Under the pieces are notes generated by a model that searched no databases, was not told where the DNA came from, and was given only the letters and a program-made list of their open reading frames with translations. 64,000 nt of DNA from assembly GCA_043732705.1 (NCBI GenBank), contig JAYTHE010000032.1:2005-66004 (forward strand). The letters are read 5' to 3'. Position 1 is the first letter of the stretch; every line of letters starts with the position of its first letter. Both the position numbers and the translations under genes were made by a program. The stretch comes from Candidatus Omnitrophota bacterium. GTDB taxonomy: Bacteria; Omnitrophota; Omnitrophia; Omnitrophales; Aquincolibacteriaceae. Of this stretch, positions 19,388-28,514 are shown piece by piece.

Positions 19388-20424
19388 CGCCTGGTTTGAT
19401 TTCTGCGATTGTACTTAACTGGAACGGCAAAGATGTTATCGTTGCCTGTCTCGAAAGCCTTCTCGCTCAAACGTATTTATCCAAAGAAATTATTATTGTG
19501 GACAACGGTTCGGTGGACGGGTCGCTTGAGATGATTCGCTCGCGCTACGCGGGCAGGATCCAATTAATCGAAAACGGAAATAATCTTGGATTCGCAGAAG
19601 GTTGTAATGTCGGGATCCGTGCCGCGCAGGGTGAATTTATCGCGCTTGTGAACAGCGACTCCGTTTTGAGTCCTAACTGGATGGTTGAAATGGAGAAGGG
19701 GATTCAGCTTTCTCCCAAAATCGGAATGTGCGCCTGTAAAATTTATTTTTTAAAATATAAAGGCGTGATTGAAAATATGGGGCAAACCATTTCTCGGGAT
19801 GGTTTCGGGCGCACGCGCGGCAGGCTTGAAAAAGATACGGGACAATATGATAAAAGGCGTGCTGTTTTTTGCCCGAGCGGATGCGCTGCGCTTTATCGCA
19901 GAAAAATGCTGGATAAATGCGGGCTTTTTGACGAGAAATTTTTTGCTTACGCAGATGATATTGATATCGGTTTACGCGGCCGCCTCATGGGTTATGTATG
20001 TCACTGTATTTCCACCGCTGTTGCTTATCACCATCTCTCGGCATCTTTTGGTTTGCTTTCTCCGCTCAAAGCTTTTTTACTGGAGCGTAACAGGCTTTGG
20101 GTGGTCATTAAGTGTTATCCGCTACCGCATTTGCTGGCATCGCCTTTTCATACCCTGATGCGTTATTGGTACCACTTTATCGGGATTTTTCAAAAAAGGG
20201 GCCCGGCCGCGCAATATGTGAAGAAAATTTCTGTTTTTAGTTTGGCTTGGATCATGGTTAAGGTTTATCTTTCCACGCTTTATCACTTACCGCATCTCCT
20301 AAAAGAAAGACGCGAAATTCAAAAGAAAAGAAAAGCGACTACGCGCCAATTTGAACTATGGATGAAGTATTACGGTGTGAACTCCAAAGATACCGCTTTA
20401 AATGAACTTTCATTTCCGGAGTAG
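19384..20424 (+). CDS. GT2 family glycosyltransferase (rhamnosyl/galactosyl-transferase-like)
   Basis: SAIVLNWNG...IIVDNGSVDGS...NLGFAEGCN...VNSDS. Confidence 0.8.
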   Translation: MTPGLISAIVLNWNGKDVIVACLESLLAQTYLSKEIIIVDNGSVDGSLEMIRSRYAGRIQLIENGNNLGFAEGCNVGIRAAQGEFIALVNSDSVLSPNWMVEMEKGIQLSPKIGMCACKIYFLKYKGVIENMGQTISRDGFGRTRGRLEKDTGQYDKRRAVFCPSGCAALYRRKMLDKCGLFDEKFFAYADDIDIGLRGRLMGYVCHCISTAVAYHHLSASFGLLSPLKAFLLERNRLWVVIKCYPLPHLLASPFHTLMRYWYHFIGIFQKRGPAAQYVKKISVFSLAWIMVKVYLSTLYHLPHLLKERREIQKKRKATTRQFELWMKYYGVNSKDTALNELSFPE

Positions 20425-20426
20425 AG

Positions 20427-21425
20427 ATGAGCTCAATTAAAAACCAAAAAGGAAGCTTGCTGATTTTGGTTTTGTTCGCTTTGACAGTATTAAGCCTTTT
20501 AGCTTTCTCCGTCGGATATACGGTGCGTCAGAAGCTTCTTGTTGTTTCACGGCTCGAAGCTCGTGAAAATTTAAGGTTGGCAGCAGGCGCGGCTGTTCAA
20601 CAAGCCTCAACTGTACTTGCTGAAAATGGCGGGGGCTCGTATCAGTCACTTAATCAATTTTGGTCAAGTAACGAGACTCTCTGGAAAAAAGCAAAGATTG
20701 GAAATGTTGAATATTCGATTATGGCTCAGGGCGCCCCTGACGGCCCTGAATCGGTTTATGGATTAACGGATGAAGACCGCAAGATAAACCTGAATACTGC
20801 CGAGCCCGATCATTTGCAGGCGCTTTTTGAAAGTGTTGCGAGTGTTGAAAAGGAACAGGCACGGCGGATTGTAGCCGCGATCAAGGATTGGAAAGATGAG
20901 GATGATGATTTAAATGACGGCGGCGCGGAAAGCAAGGATTACTTGAGACGCAATCCTGCTTATGACGCTAAAAATGAAATTTTTAATGATTTGCAAGAGT
21001 TGCTTTGGGTGCAGGGAATGACCCCGGAAATTTTTTCAAAAGTAAAACCCTATCTCACCTTGGACGCAGCAAAAGTGAATGTCAATACAGCTTCCCAAGA
21101 AGTTTTAACCGCCATGGGGCTTAATTCAAATATTGCTTCAAAAATAATTTCTTTTCGAAAAGGTAAAGACGGTCAGGAGAGCACCGCGGATGACGGTGTA
21201 TTTAAAGATTTGAATGAAATTTCCGAAGTGCTTGGTCGCTATATTTATTTGAACGAGGCGGACACGCAAAGTTTGAATTTAATCTTTTCCAAGGGTTTTT
21301 CCGTGAATTCCACTTTTTATAACGCCGAAGTGGATGCGCAAGTGAATCAGCGTCAAAAAATCAAAGTGAATGCCGTATTAGACGGCGAGGGAAAGGTTCA
21401 GCGATGGCACGAAGAGTTTTTTTAA
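20427..21425 (+). CDS. gspK: GspK-like minor pseudopilin
   Basis: N-terminal transmembrane segment (LLILVLFALTVLSLLAF); two HhH-like NLNTAEP / VNVNTAS motifs typical of GspK. Confidence 0.6.
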   Translation: MSSIKNQKGSLLILVLFALTVLSLLAFSVGYTVRQKLLVVSRLEARENLRLAAGAAVQQASTVLAENGGGSYQSLNQFWSSNETLWKKAKIGNVEYSIMAQGAPDGPESVYGLTDEDRKINLNTAEPDHLQALFESVASVEKEQARRIVAAIKDWKDEDDDLNDGGAESKDYLRRNPAYDAKNEIFNDLQELLWVQGMTPEIFSKVKPYLTLDAAKVNVNTASQEVLTAMGLNSNIASKIISFRKGKDGQESTADDGVFKDLNEISEVLGRYIYLNEADTQSLNLIFSKGFSVNSTFYNAEVDAQVNQRQKIKVNAVLDGEGKVQRWHEEFF

Positions 21426-22558
21426 TAGCCGGATTTTGGGCAGTTGCTGGTTTGTCCGTTTTTGCGGCGCCGCAGGCCGCGCAGGAAACCGGGGATGTAC
21501 TCGAAGAGCTGAAGCTTTTCGCAAAGGCGATGGGGGCGATTCATGAAGCCTATGTCGGGGAAACGAAGGCTCGCACGTTGACTTATGAAGCTATACGCGG
21601 GATGCTTGCGGGCCTGGGGGATAAATACGCCCAATTTTTTGATCCTTCGATGTATGAATTGCTGCAAATGAGTATTCGCGGAGAATATGCCGGGATTGGA
21701 GTGATTCTCCAAATCGTAGATCATTACCCTCAGGTGATGTCGCTTCGCCCGGATGGGGCCGCTATCAAGGCCGGTGTTCAAGCCGGCGATCGGATTTTGA
21801 AAATCGACGGTGTTTCAATTGAAAACAAAGAGCTGCCGGAAGTTGCCCAGCTTTTACGGGGGGAAGCTCGTTCGGATGTTAAATTGTCACTTGCGCGTCC
21901 ATCTGTTAAGCAAGTCGTGGAACTGATCATCAAGCGCGAAAGAATCGAAATTGAATCGGTCAAGGAAACCCGGATTATTTCTCAGGGAGTAGCGTATATA
22001 TCAATTGTTAACTTTCAGGAGAACACTAGCGAGCAAGTGAATCAAGCATTGAGAAAACTTGACAAACAAGGTCTAAAAGCGTTGATTATAGACTTGCGTG
22101 ACAATGGCGGCGGCCTTTTGGAGCAGGCAGTTGATTTAGCTGGGCTTTTTCTTCCCAAAGATAAAAAAGTAGTCAGCGTAACGAGTAAAATCGAAGTGCA
22201 GCAAAAAGAGCATATGACATCCGGGAAGTACGCGACGCGCAAAGAACCCATTGTAATTTTAGTGAATCAAAAATCAGCCAGCGCTTCTGAAATATTTTCG
22301 GCCTGTATGCAGGATTACCGCAGGGCAACGATTATTGGTACGCAAACTTTTGGTAAGGCTTCCGTTCAGTCTGTTGTTCCTCTAGATGAAAAAACGGCGA
22401 TGAAGTTTACAACCGCGCGTTACTTAAGCCCGTTGGGCCGCAAAATTGACGGAATCGGTATTAAGCCCGATGAAGTGGTGGAAAAAAACGAATCAGATAA
22501 ATTGGATTTACAGATTGTGCGCGCTTTAAGTTTTTTGGGTGAACGAGTTAAAAAATAG
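21404..22558 (+). CDS. ctpA: S41 C-terminal processing peptidase
   Basis: Signal peptide; PDZ region (GVQAGDRILKIDG); catalytic region NGGGLL...SASASE...GKASVQ. Confidence 0.85.
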   Translation: MARRVFLIAGFWAVAGLSVFAAPQAAQETGDVLEELKLFAKAMGAIHEAYVGETKARTLTYEAIRGMLAGLGDKYAQFFDPSMYELLQMSIRGEYAGIGVILQIVDHYPQVMSLRPDGAAIKAGVQAGDRILKIDGVSIENKELPEVAQLLRGEARSDVKLSLARPSVKQVVELIIKRERIEIESVKETRIISQGVAYISIVNFQENTSEQVNQALRKLDKQGLKALIIDLRDNGGGLLEQAVDLAGLFLPKDKKVVSVTSKIEVQQKEHMTSGKYATRKEPIVILVNQKSASASEIFSACMQDYRRATIIGTQTFGKASVQSVVPLDEKTAMKFTTARYLSPLGRKIDGIGIKPDEVVEKNESDKLDLQIVRALSFLGERVKK

Positions 22559-22579
22559 GCTACAACAAAAGGAAATAAA

Positions 22580-23065
22580 GTGAAAAAAAATCAAGCCCTG
22601 ATCGGGTTGCTGGCAGTTCTTATTATTGGACAATTTGGATTTGAGTGGGGAACTCAATCCGCAAAAAATAAGAGCGCGCCTCCGGCCGCAGCTGCGGCAT
22701 CAATGCCCACGACAAAGGGCGGCAACTTGCCTTTCCCGCAAATGATGGGTGCGTTGACACAAAATATGACGCTTTGGCCGGCACTCACGCAGGATAATAA
22801 GATGCATGCCGTTGAAGCCGCAGTTTTAATTTTTCGCGACCGTCAAAATTCAGCAATTTTAAGGCCTGCTGAATTTTATGCAACTCAGATTGACCAGGCG
22901 CTGCATGCTAATCCAACCTTACAGCAAACCGATCTCATCTCCATGGTGAAGATGATGGCGGTTATGCAATATGATTTTTATAACGGGCAGGATAAAGATA
23001 AGCTCGCCAAAGAAGTTTTGGGCGAAGCTATGTACGAAAGCATTCGCGCTCATCGCCCCAAATAA
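22580..23065 (+). CDS. secreted hypothetical protein
   Basis: N-terminal transmembrane/signal segment; no motif recognised. Confidence 0.4.
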   Translation: MKKNQALIGLLAVLIIGQFGFEWGTQSAKNKSAPPAAAAASMPTTKGGNLPFPQMMGALTQNMTLWPALTQDNKMHAVEAAVLIFRDRQNSAILRPAEFYATQIDQALHANPTLQQTDLISMVKMMAVMQYDFYNGQDKDKLAKEVLGEAMYESIRAHRPK

Positions 23066-23082
23066 ATAAGATCAACTTAAAA

Positions 23083-23112
23083 AGCCGGCTGCTCGAGCAG
23101 TCGGCTTTTTTT
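23083..23112. terminator. bidirectional rho-independent terminator between convergent genes
   Basis: AAAAAGCCGGCTGCTCGAGCAGTCGGCTTTTTTT: GC hairpin flanked by an A-run and a T-run. Confidence 0.55.
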
Positions 23113-24571
23113 ATTTCAATTGAGGACAAGAATCGACTTTTGAAGCGGGCATCACCATTTGTCCATAAACTTCGAAAGTAAAGACCAGTGCTAGTCCACC
23201 CGCGTGCAAAAGCAGACGTTGTAAGGCTGTTTGAATTTGCCAAACGATTTCATGCGGAGATGTGTGCAAAACAACAAAATATCCAAACAAAATAAGCCAA
23301 GCTAACTGTGCCGATGTACCGCAGTTATTTCTTCTTAGTTTGGGCATGGCAGCATAAAAGAGGCAAGCTGATACAAATAAAGTCCAAAGGTAATTCCAAT
23401 TAGATTTTTCTGTCATGTAGCTTTTGAAGCCAAAGAGAATAATTTTTGTTTTTGACCAATCTAAGATTGAATGCAAATAAGTTCCTGCGCCACGCCCCGA
23501 ACCCAGGTAGTCACCGCTTTCAGCCAATGTAGTTTTAAGCACGAGAACGGCAAGAAGGGGAAGTAGAATTCCGAGGCTTAAATTGATCAAGCAGCTGCGC
23601 CAGCTTGGAATCTTCTTGATGTTTTTTAAAAAAAATAAACCCGCGGTGAATCCAGTCCAGCCGACAAAAAAAAGCCCTTCATTTTTTGTCCAGGCAGAGC
23701 AACCCGTCAACCAGCCCGCTAAGAAGAAAAGGCCTGTGTTTTTTGAACGGAAGGCTTCGAGTAAAAGTAACCCCGATGCTGTAAAAAAAAATAATAAAGG
23801 TACGTCGGCATACTGGCTAACGCCCCAAAATGAAAAAGCGCCAACTGTCATAAAGAAAGAAGAGCCCAATAGTCCGCTCAAAGGATGGATGGTGGCGCCG
23901 AGATACCAGGCTATTAAAAAAAGCGTCGAAAAAAGAAAAACGAATGCGACGACGGAGGGCCATATCTGCATTTCGCTGCCTGCCCAATTCCAGCCCCAGG
24001 CGACGGCTCCCGGTAAAAGCAGGGGGTAGTCAGGGTGGGTCCAGCTCAGAGAAGCGGAAAACATATTTTTCCATTCTTCGGGTGCACGAAAAAAGAAGCT
24101 GGCTTTAACATTCCAAAAAAATCGAGCGTCCCATCCGCCAAAAACATTGTTGATGGAAACCGATTGTAATAAAGTTGTGAATTTTAAAAAAATAAAAAGC
24201 CATAAGCTTAAAAAAATAATCCAAAGATTTTTTTGTGCTTTTGAGGCGGCCCGCCAGCTGAGCGACAAGGATTCGTACCATGATTTTTTCAAGCCGGAAT
24301 TATTTGTGATATTGAATGACGGCGACAGTGTCAACTTCATTATAAAAAAAGCCATGAGCGCCAATGCTGCAAGAGTTGAGAAAAAAGGGCCTTGATTGGC
24401 TTTAAGAAAATAGGATCCGAAAATGAGTAAGGAACAGATTGAGAGTCCTACCGGAAAAGAGAGCGCAAGAACGAAGAAGGGGTAAAAACGAAGATTAGCG
24501 TCTCGAGTTATATTTAAAATAAAAAGAGCGCCCAAAGCACCGGCAAATAAAAGCGGAAAGATGAAGGGCAT
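23111..24571 (-). CDS. polytopic membrane protein (putative GT-C-fold glycosyltransferase or O-antigen-ligase-like)
   Basis: 486 aa with more than 10 hydrophobic helices; context of lipid-linked sugar genes. Confidence 0.4.
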   Translation of the reverse strand: MPFIFPLLFAGALGALFILNITRDANLRFYPFFVLALSFPVGLSICSLLIFGSYFLKANQGPFFSTLAALALMAFFIMKLTLSPSFNITNNSGLKKSWYESLSLSWRAASKAQKNLWIIFLSLWLFIFLKFTTLLQSVSINNVFGGWDARFFWNVKASFFFRAPEEWKNMFSASLSWTHPDYPLLLPGAVAWGWNWAGSEMQIWPSVVAFVFLFSTLFLIAWYLGATIHPLSGLLGSSFFMTVGAFSFWGVSQYADVPLLFFFTASGLLLLEAFRSKNTGLFFLAGWLTGCSAWTKNEGLFFVGWTGFTAGLFFLKNIKKIPSWRSCLINLSLGILLPLLAVLVLKTTLAESGDYLGSGRGAGTYLHSILDWSKTKIILFGFKSYMTEKSNWNYLWTLFVSACLFYAAMPKLRRNNCGTSAQLAWLILFGYFVVLHTSPHEIVWQIQTALQRLLLHAGGLALVFTFEVYGQMVMPASKVDSCPQLK

Positions 24572-24572
24572 A

Positions 24573-25058
24573 TTATTTTTTCACCGCGATGCCTTTGCCT
24601 TCAGCGAGCGGCAGAAGAATGCGGTAGCCTGTTTCATCCATGCGCTTTTGAGCTACGAGTGTATTTGAGCAATAAATGATTGCAGCTCTTTGATCAGGCT
24701 CATGGCTGAGTATGGTTGGCGCAAGATAGCTTTGAGCTGTGTAAAGCCAGCTGATATTCGGCGCATAGGGTGTGAATGGAATGTCCGTAATGAAGCTTAC
24801 TTTTTCACGAGGCGGTAAAAAGGGTTTAAAAATTGAAAAAGGGGATCCAAAAGGAATAAAAGGTGTTTTGCCAAATAAAAGTTCAGCGAAAACCGCTCTA
24901 GGATACGAGGGGGGCACGGGTAACTGAGAGAAGACAGTCAAACAGATGATGACTCCGTGAAAAAGAAGTCCAAGTGTTGAGATTTTAGTCAAAGAAGTAT
25001 TTTTCATCAAGCCAATCTGGATATTGCAGTCAGAGCTTTTTTTAGCTACACTAGTCAA
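24573..25058 (-). CDS. hypothetical membrane-anchored protein
   Basis: One hydrophobic segment; abuts the downstream gene. Confidence 0.3.
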   Translation of the reverse strand: MTSVAKKSSDCNIQIGLMKNTSLTKISTLGLLFHGVIICLTVFSQLPVPPSYPRAVFAELLFGKTPFIPFGSPFSIFKPFLPPREKVSFITDIPFTPYAPNISWLYTAQSYLAPTILSHEPDQRAAIIYCSNTLVAQKRMDETGYRILLPLAEGKGIAVKK

Positions 25059-25076
25059 GTCATCATAGGCAGTTTT

Positions 25077-25496
25077 TTGAAAAGATCAATTAAAATTAGG
25101 AATGCGAAGGAGAATAAAATGAAATTCAACGCGGCGATTCTGATGGTATTGTTTCTTGCATTGTCCGGCTTTACTTGGGGTTCTTCGGACGATGAAAAAA
25201 AAGTGAGCAATGATCCTTATAGCTCGACTTCCTCAACGTCAGCAAAAAAGACAACTAAAAAAATGAAGAAGAATTACGCGTCTTCGATGTCGTCAAATAC
25301 TTCGCAATCAACTTATACACCGGCTGCTGCACCGGCCGCGTCTGGGGATCAGCGCGCGAATGCGATCCGTATTTTGACTGCCGGGGATGAAGCGACTCGC
25401 AAGGCCCGCATGGATAGTCTCACGAGATTGGCTAAATCTCTTTCTGCAGCAAAGCAGGCACAAGCTTCTCAGAACTCCAATAGTAGTTCTTATTAA
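25077..25496 (+). CDS. small secreted Ser/Thr-rich protein
   Basis: Signal peptide; S/T-rich low-complexity region; followed by a strong terminator. Confidence 0.4.
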   Translation: MKRSIKIRNAKENKMKFNAAILMVLFLALSGFTWGSSDDEKKVSNDPYSSTSSTSAKKTTKKMKKNYASSMSSNTSQSTYTPAAAPAASGDQRANAIRILTAGDEATRKARMDSLTRLAKSLSAAKQAQASQNSNSSSY

Positions 25497-25526
25497 TATT
25501 AGCTCGCGCTATTTCCATAGTTAAAA

Positions 25527-25553
25527 GGGAGGCTGAAAAGCCTCCCTTTTTTT
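25527..25553 (+). terminator. rho-independent terminator
   Basis: GGGAGGCTgaaaAGCCTCCC then TTTTTTT. Confidence 0.65.
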
Positions 25554-25639
25554 GTGAGCGGATAAGCAGATTTCCAAATCAAGAACCGCTGTAAACAGCC
25601 GAAAATACAAAGCGTTCGCCTCTCTTTAAAATAATTAAA

Positions 25640-27700
25640 TTGGATGGAAAAGGTACGTCTTTGATGAAAGCGCAGATCGACTTAACAAAAAAAAGCAACG
25701 ACGGGCTGGGATGGCTTTTCTGGCTTGTTTTTGCTTTTAAAGCGGGTGCGTCGTTTTTCTTTGCATCGCCCTATTTGGCGCAACTCTTTATTCCATTTCT
25801 TAGTTGGTTTGTCACGAACCATTTTCATAATCCCTGGGATTTTTTCTACGGTTTAAACGCTAAAATGTTTCCTTATCCCGGACTGATGCTGTGGATTATG
25901 AGTGTGCCGCGGCTTTTATTGGGACCTGTGTTGTCGGGTGATTGGAAAGTGGTGACGCCGCTGCATTTATTCGCGGCGCGTATTCCTTTGCTTGCGGCTG
26001 ATATCCTGCTCTTCCTGCAATTGAACAAATTCTTTCCTAATCAACGAAAAAAAATAATCGGAATTTATTGGTGTTCGCCGATTGTTTTTTTTATTAATTA
26101 TATTCATGGCCAACTTGATATTATTCCCACCGCTCTTTTTTTTGCGGCAATTTACTTTCTCGTGGAGAGCCGCTATCTCGTCTTTGTGCTTTTTTTAGCG
26201 CTTGCGGCCGCGACTAAAAACCATGTTTTGATTGCGGTACCGTTTATTTGGATTTTTCTTTACAAGAAGCGGTTAAGCTTTTTTCAGATGGCGGGCTATT
26301 TTCTTTTATTTGTCGCGGCTTATTTTTCGTTTTTATTGCCTTATTTAAATTCCCCGGCATTTCGACAAATGGTTTTTCATTCTCCGGAGCAAGGACGTTT
26401 ATTTGATTTCGTGATCCCCGTTTCTTCCACGCTTAAATTAATTATTTGCCCGACCGTGATCGCCTTACTTTTCATTAAATTTGCCTCTTATAAAAAGCTC
26501 AACCGGGAAATTTTATTGATGTTCTTAGGGATTGTATTCGCATCGCTTGTTGTCTTTGTTCCGCCAATGCCAGGCTGGTTTATGTGGTCCTTTCCTTTCT
26601 TGGTTTATTTTTATATGCATAACAAGGATTATTCCCGTGCCCCGTTTGTCATTTATAACGCGGTGTATGTGTTGTATTTTCTTTTCTTTTTTGAAAAAGA
26701 AGGTGATTGGATTAACAATCTGCAGGCTACTTTTCCGGTCAAGGATTTTGCGTTATCGATTGTTATGTCCTCAGTCGGTTTTATTGCCTTTTGGATGTTT
26801 AATTTGGGGCTGCGCAAAAATGAAGAATTGAAGGCAGTTGAAGCACCGCTTTTAATCGGAATTGGCGGGGATAGTGGCACCGGCAAGCATACGCTTTTAC
26901 GGGTTTTGCGCAGCCTGGTGGGTAAGTCGCGCTCCATGCCTATTTTGGGTGATGATTTTCATAAGTGGGAACGCGGGAATCAAAATTGGAATGTTTACAC
27001 TCATCTGAACCCATCCGCAAATCATTTGCATAAAGGTGCTAACTTGGCGGTGGCATTAAAAGAGGGCTATGCGATTGAAATGGTTCATTATGACCACCAT
27101 GCCGGAAAGTTTACGCATCCGGAAGTGGTTCAGCCCAATAAATTTGTTTTCTTTGTCGGGCTGCATCCCTTTTATTTGAAAAAAATGCGGGATTTAATAC
27201 CGATTAAAATTTATATGGATACCGATGAGGATTTGCGACGCACTTGGAAAGTTCGACGGGATATGACGAAGCGCGGGCATAGCCAGGAAAAAGTCATTGC
27301 GCAGATTTCAGCGCGCTCAGAAGACCGTAAAAAATTTATTGAACCCCAGAAAGATTTTGCGGATTTATTGATTCGCTACAGTCCTGTCGGGGAAATAAGC
27401 GCAAGCAGGTCCGCGCCTTTAAAAGTTTCTTTCACATTGGATAACAGTTTAGATTTGGACGATTTGATGCTTTTGCTTTCCCGCACCAGCTTGGAAGTGG
27501 AACATTTCTCGACGATTCACAAACAGGAGTTGATTGTGAGCGGCGCGATTTCAGCGCGGGAAGTCATGACAATCGCTCAGCAGTTAGATCTTAACTTTGA
27601 CGAGCTTTTGATTAATCCCCGTGGTTGGGTGAAAAATCATAATGGCATCACACAGCTCATTTTTCTGCTTCTTTATAATCATAAAATGAAAGCACGCTAA
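25640..27700 (+). CDS. fusion protein: N-terminal polytopic membrane domain (GT-C/DUF2029-like) plus C-terminal uridine-kinase/phosphoribulokinase-family P-loop kinase domain
   Basis: About 400 aa of transmembrane helices; then GIGGDSGTGKHT (P-loop) and RRTWKVRRDMTKRGHS...FIEPQKDFADLLI resembling Udk/PRK motifs. Confidence 0.6.
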   Translation: MDGKGTSLMKAQIDLTKKSNDGLGWLFWLVFAFKAGASFFFASPYLAQLFIPFLSWFVTNHFHNPWDFFYGLNAKMFPYPGLMLWIMSVPRLLLGPVLSGDWKVVTPLHLFAARIPLLAADILLFLQLNKFFPNQRKKIIGIYWCSPIVFFINYIHGQLDIIPTALFFAAIYFLVESRYLVFVLFLALAAATKNHVLIAVPFIWIFLYKKRLSFFQMAGYFLLFVAAYFSFLLPYLNSPAFRQMVFHSPEQGRLFDFVIPVSSTLKLIICPTVIALLFIKFASYKKLNREILLMFLGIVFASLVVFVPPMPGWFMWSFPFLVYFYMHNKDYSRAPFVIYNAVYVLYFLFFFEKEGDWINNLQATFPVKDFALSIVMSSVGFIAFWMFNLGLRKNEELKAVEAPLLIGIGGDSGTGKHTLLRVLRSLVGKSRSMPILGDDFHKWERGNQNWNVYTHLNPSANHLHKGANLAVALKEGYAIEMVHYDHHAGKFTHPEVVQPNKFVFFVGLHPFYLKKMRDLIPIKIYMDTDEDLRRTWKVRRDMTKRGHSQEKVIAQISARSEDRKKFIEPQKDFADLLIRYSPVGEISASRSAPLKVSFTLDNSLDLDDLMLLLSRTSLEVEHFSTIHKQELIVSGAISAREVMTIAQQLDLNFDELLINPRGWVKNHNGITQLIFLLLYNHKMKAR

Positions 27701-27701
27701 A

Positions 27702-28514
27702 TTGGCCGCACAGTCGAATCAGGCTCTTCAAGATTTAATAGAAATTTCCAAAAGCGTCGCGCAACATCCGCGGCTTGTGCAGGGCGGCGGCGGTAATTGT
27801 TCGGTAAAGTCCGGCGGCAAACGCTGGGTCAAAGCCTCAGGTTGTTTCCTGGAAGATGTTTCCGAGAAAAAAGGTTTTGCGATTGTGGATGCCGTGAGCG
27901 GCGCACCCTTGGATGAAACCAGCGGCAAAGCATCGATGGAGACTCCACTTCATACTTTGCTCGGCTCTTTCGTTATTCATACTCACCCTGTCGCGATTGC
28001 AGCCTTCACGTCGAGCACCGAAAGCCAGCATTGGTTTAAGCAGCTTTTTTCCGATCCACTTTACGTTTGGGTACCTTACGCGACTCCAGGAAAAAATTTA
28101 TTTGAAAAGGTGCGGTCTATTGTTTCCGCGCAAGATTGTCAAACCGACAAAGTGCTTTTTTTACAAAATCACGGTCTTTTTGTGACTTCTGAATCAAAAC
28201 AGCGGGCGCTTGATTTACATGAAAGAACGGTGTCAAGTGTAGAAAAATTTTTTGAAAAAAATAAAACGCCGGCTGAAATACCTTCTGACCATTTTTTGAC
28301 ACCGGATCATGTGATTTACGGTCAATTAAAAAACAATGCGGTTTCTCTTAAACAAAAAACCGCCGTTGATGAAACGCTTCTACTGGTGGGAGAAGCGCTT
28401 GCGCTTATGCATCAAAAGGGCGGAGCTCCGCATTGGCTTTTAAACAGTGAAGTAGCGCTGCTTTCGAATATGGAAGAAGAAAAACATCGCCGACAGGTTT
28501 GGGAAAAATCATGA
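27702..28514 (+). CDS. class II aldolase/adducin-family protein (TTG start)
   Basis: GGGGNCS and HTHP zinc-site motifs. Confidence 0.65.
   Translation: MAAQSNQALQDLIEISKSVAQHPRLVQGGGGNCSVKSGGKRWVKASGCFLEDVSEKKGFAIVDAVSGAPLDETSGKASMETPLHTLLGSFVIHTHPVAIAAFTSSTESQHWFKQLFSDPLYVWVPYATPGKNLFEKVRSIVSAQDCQTDKVLFLQNHGLFVTSESKQRALDLHERTVSSVEKFFEKNKTPAEIPSDHFLTPDHVIYGQLKNNAVSLKQKTAVDETLLLVGEALALMHQKGGAPHWLLNSEVALLSNMEEEKHRRQVWEKS

Noticed and set aside
23583-24029. 148-aa plus-strand Lys-rich ORF
   Set aside because: Antisense to the polytopic membrane gene 23111..24571; low-complexity artefact of the AT-rich antisense strand.
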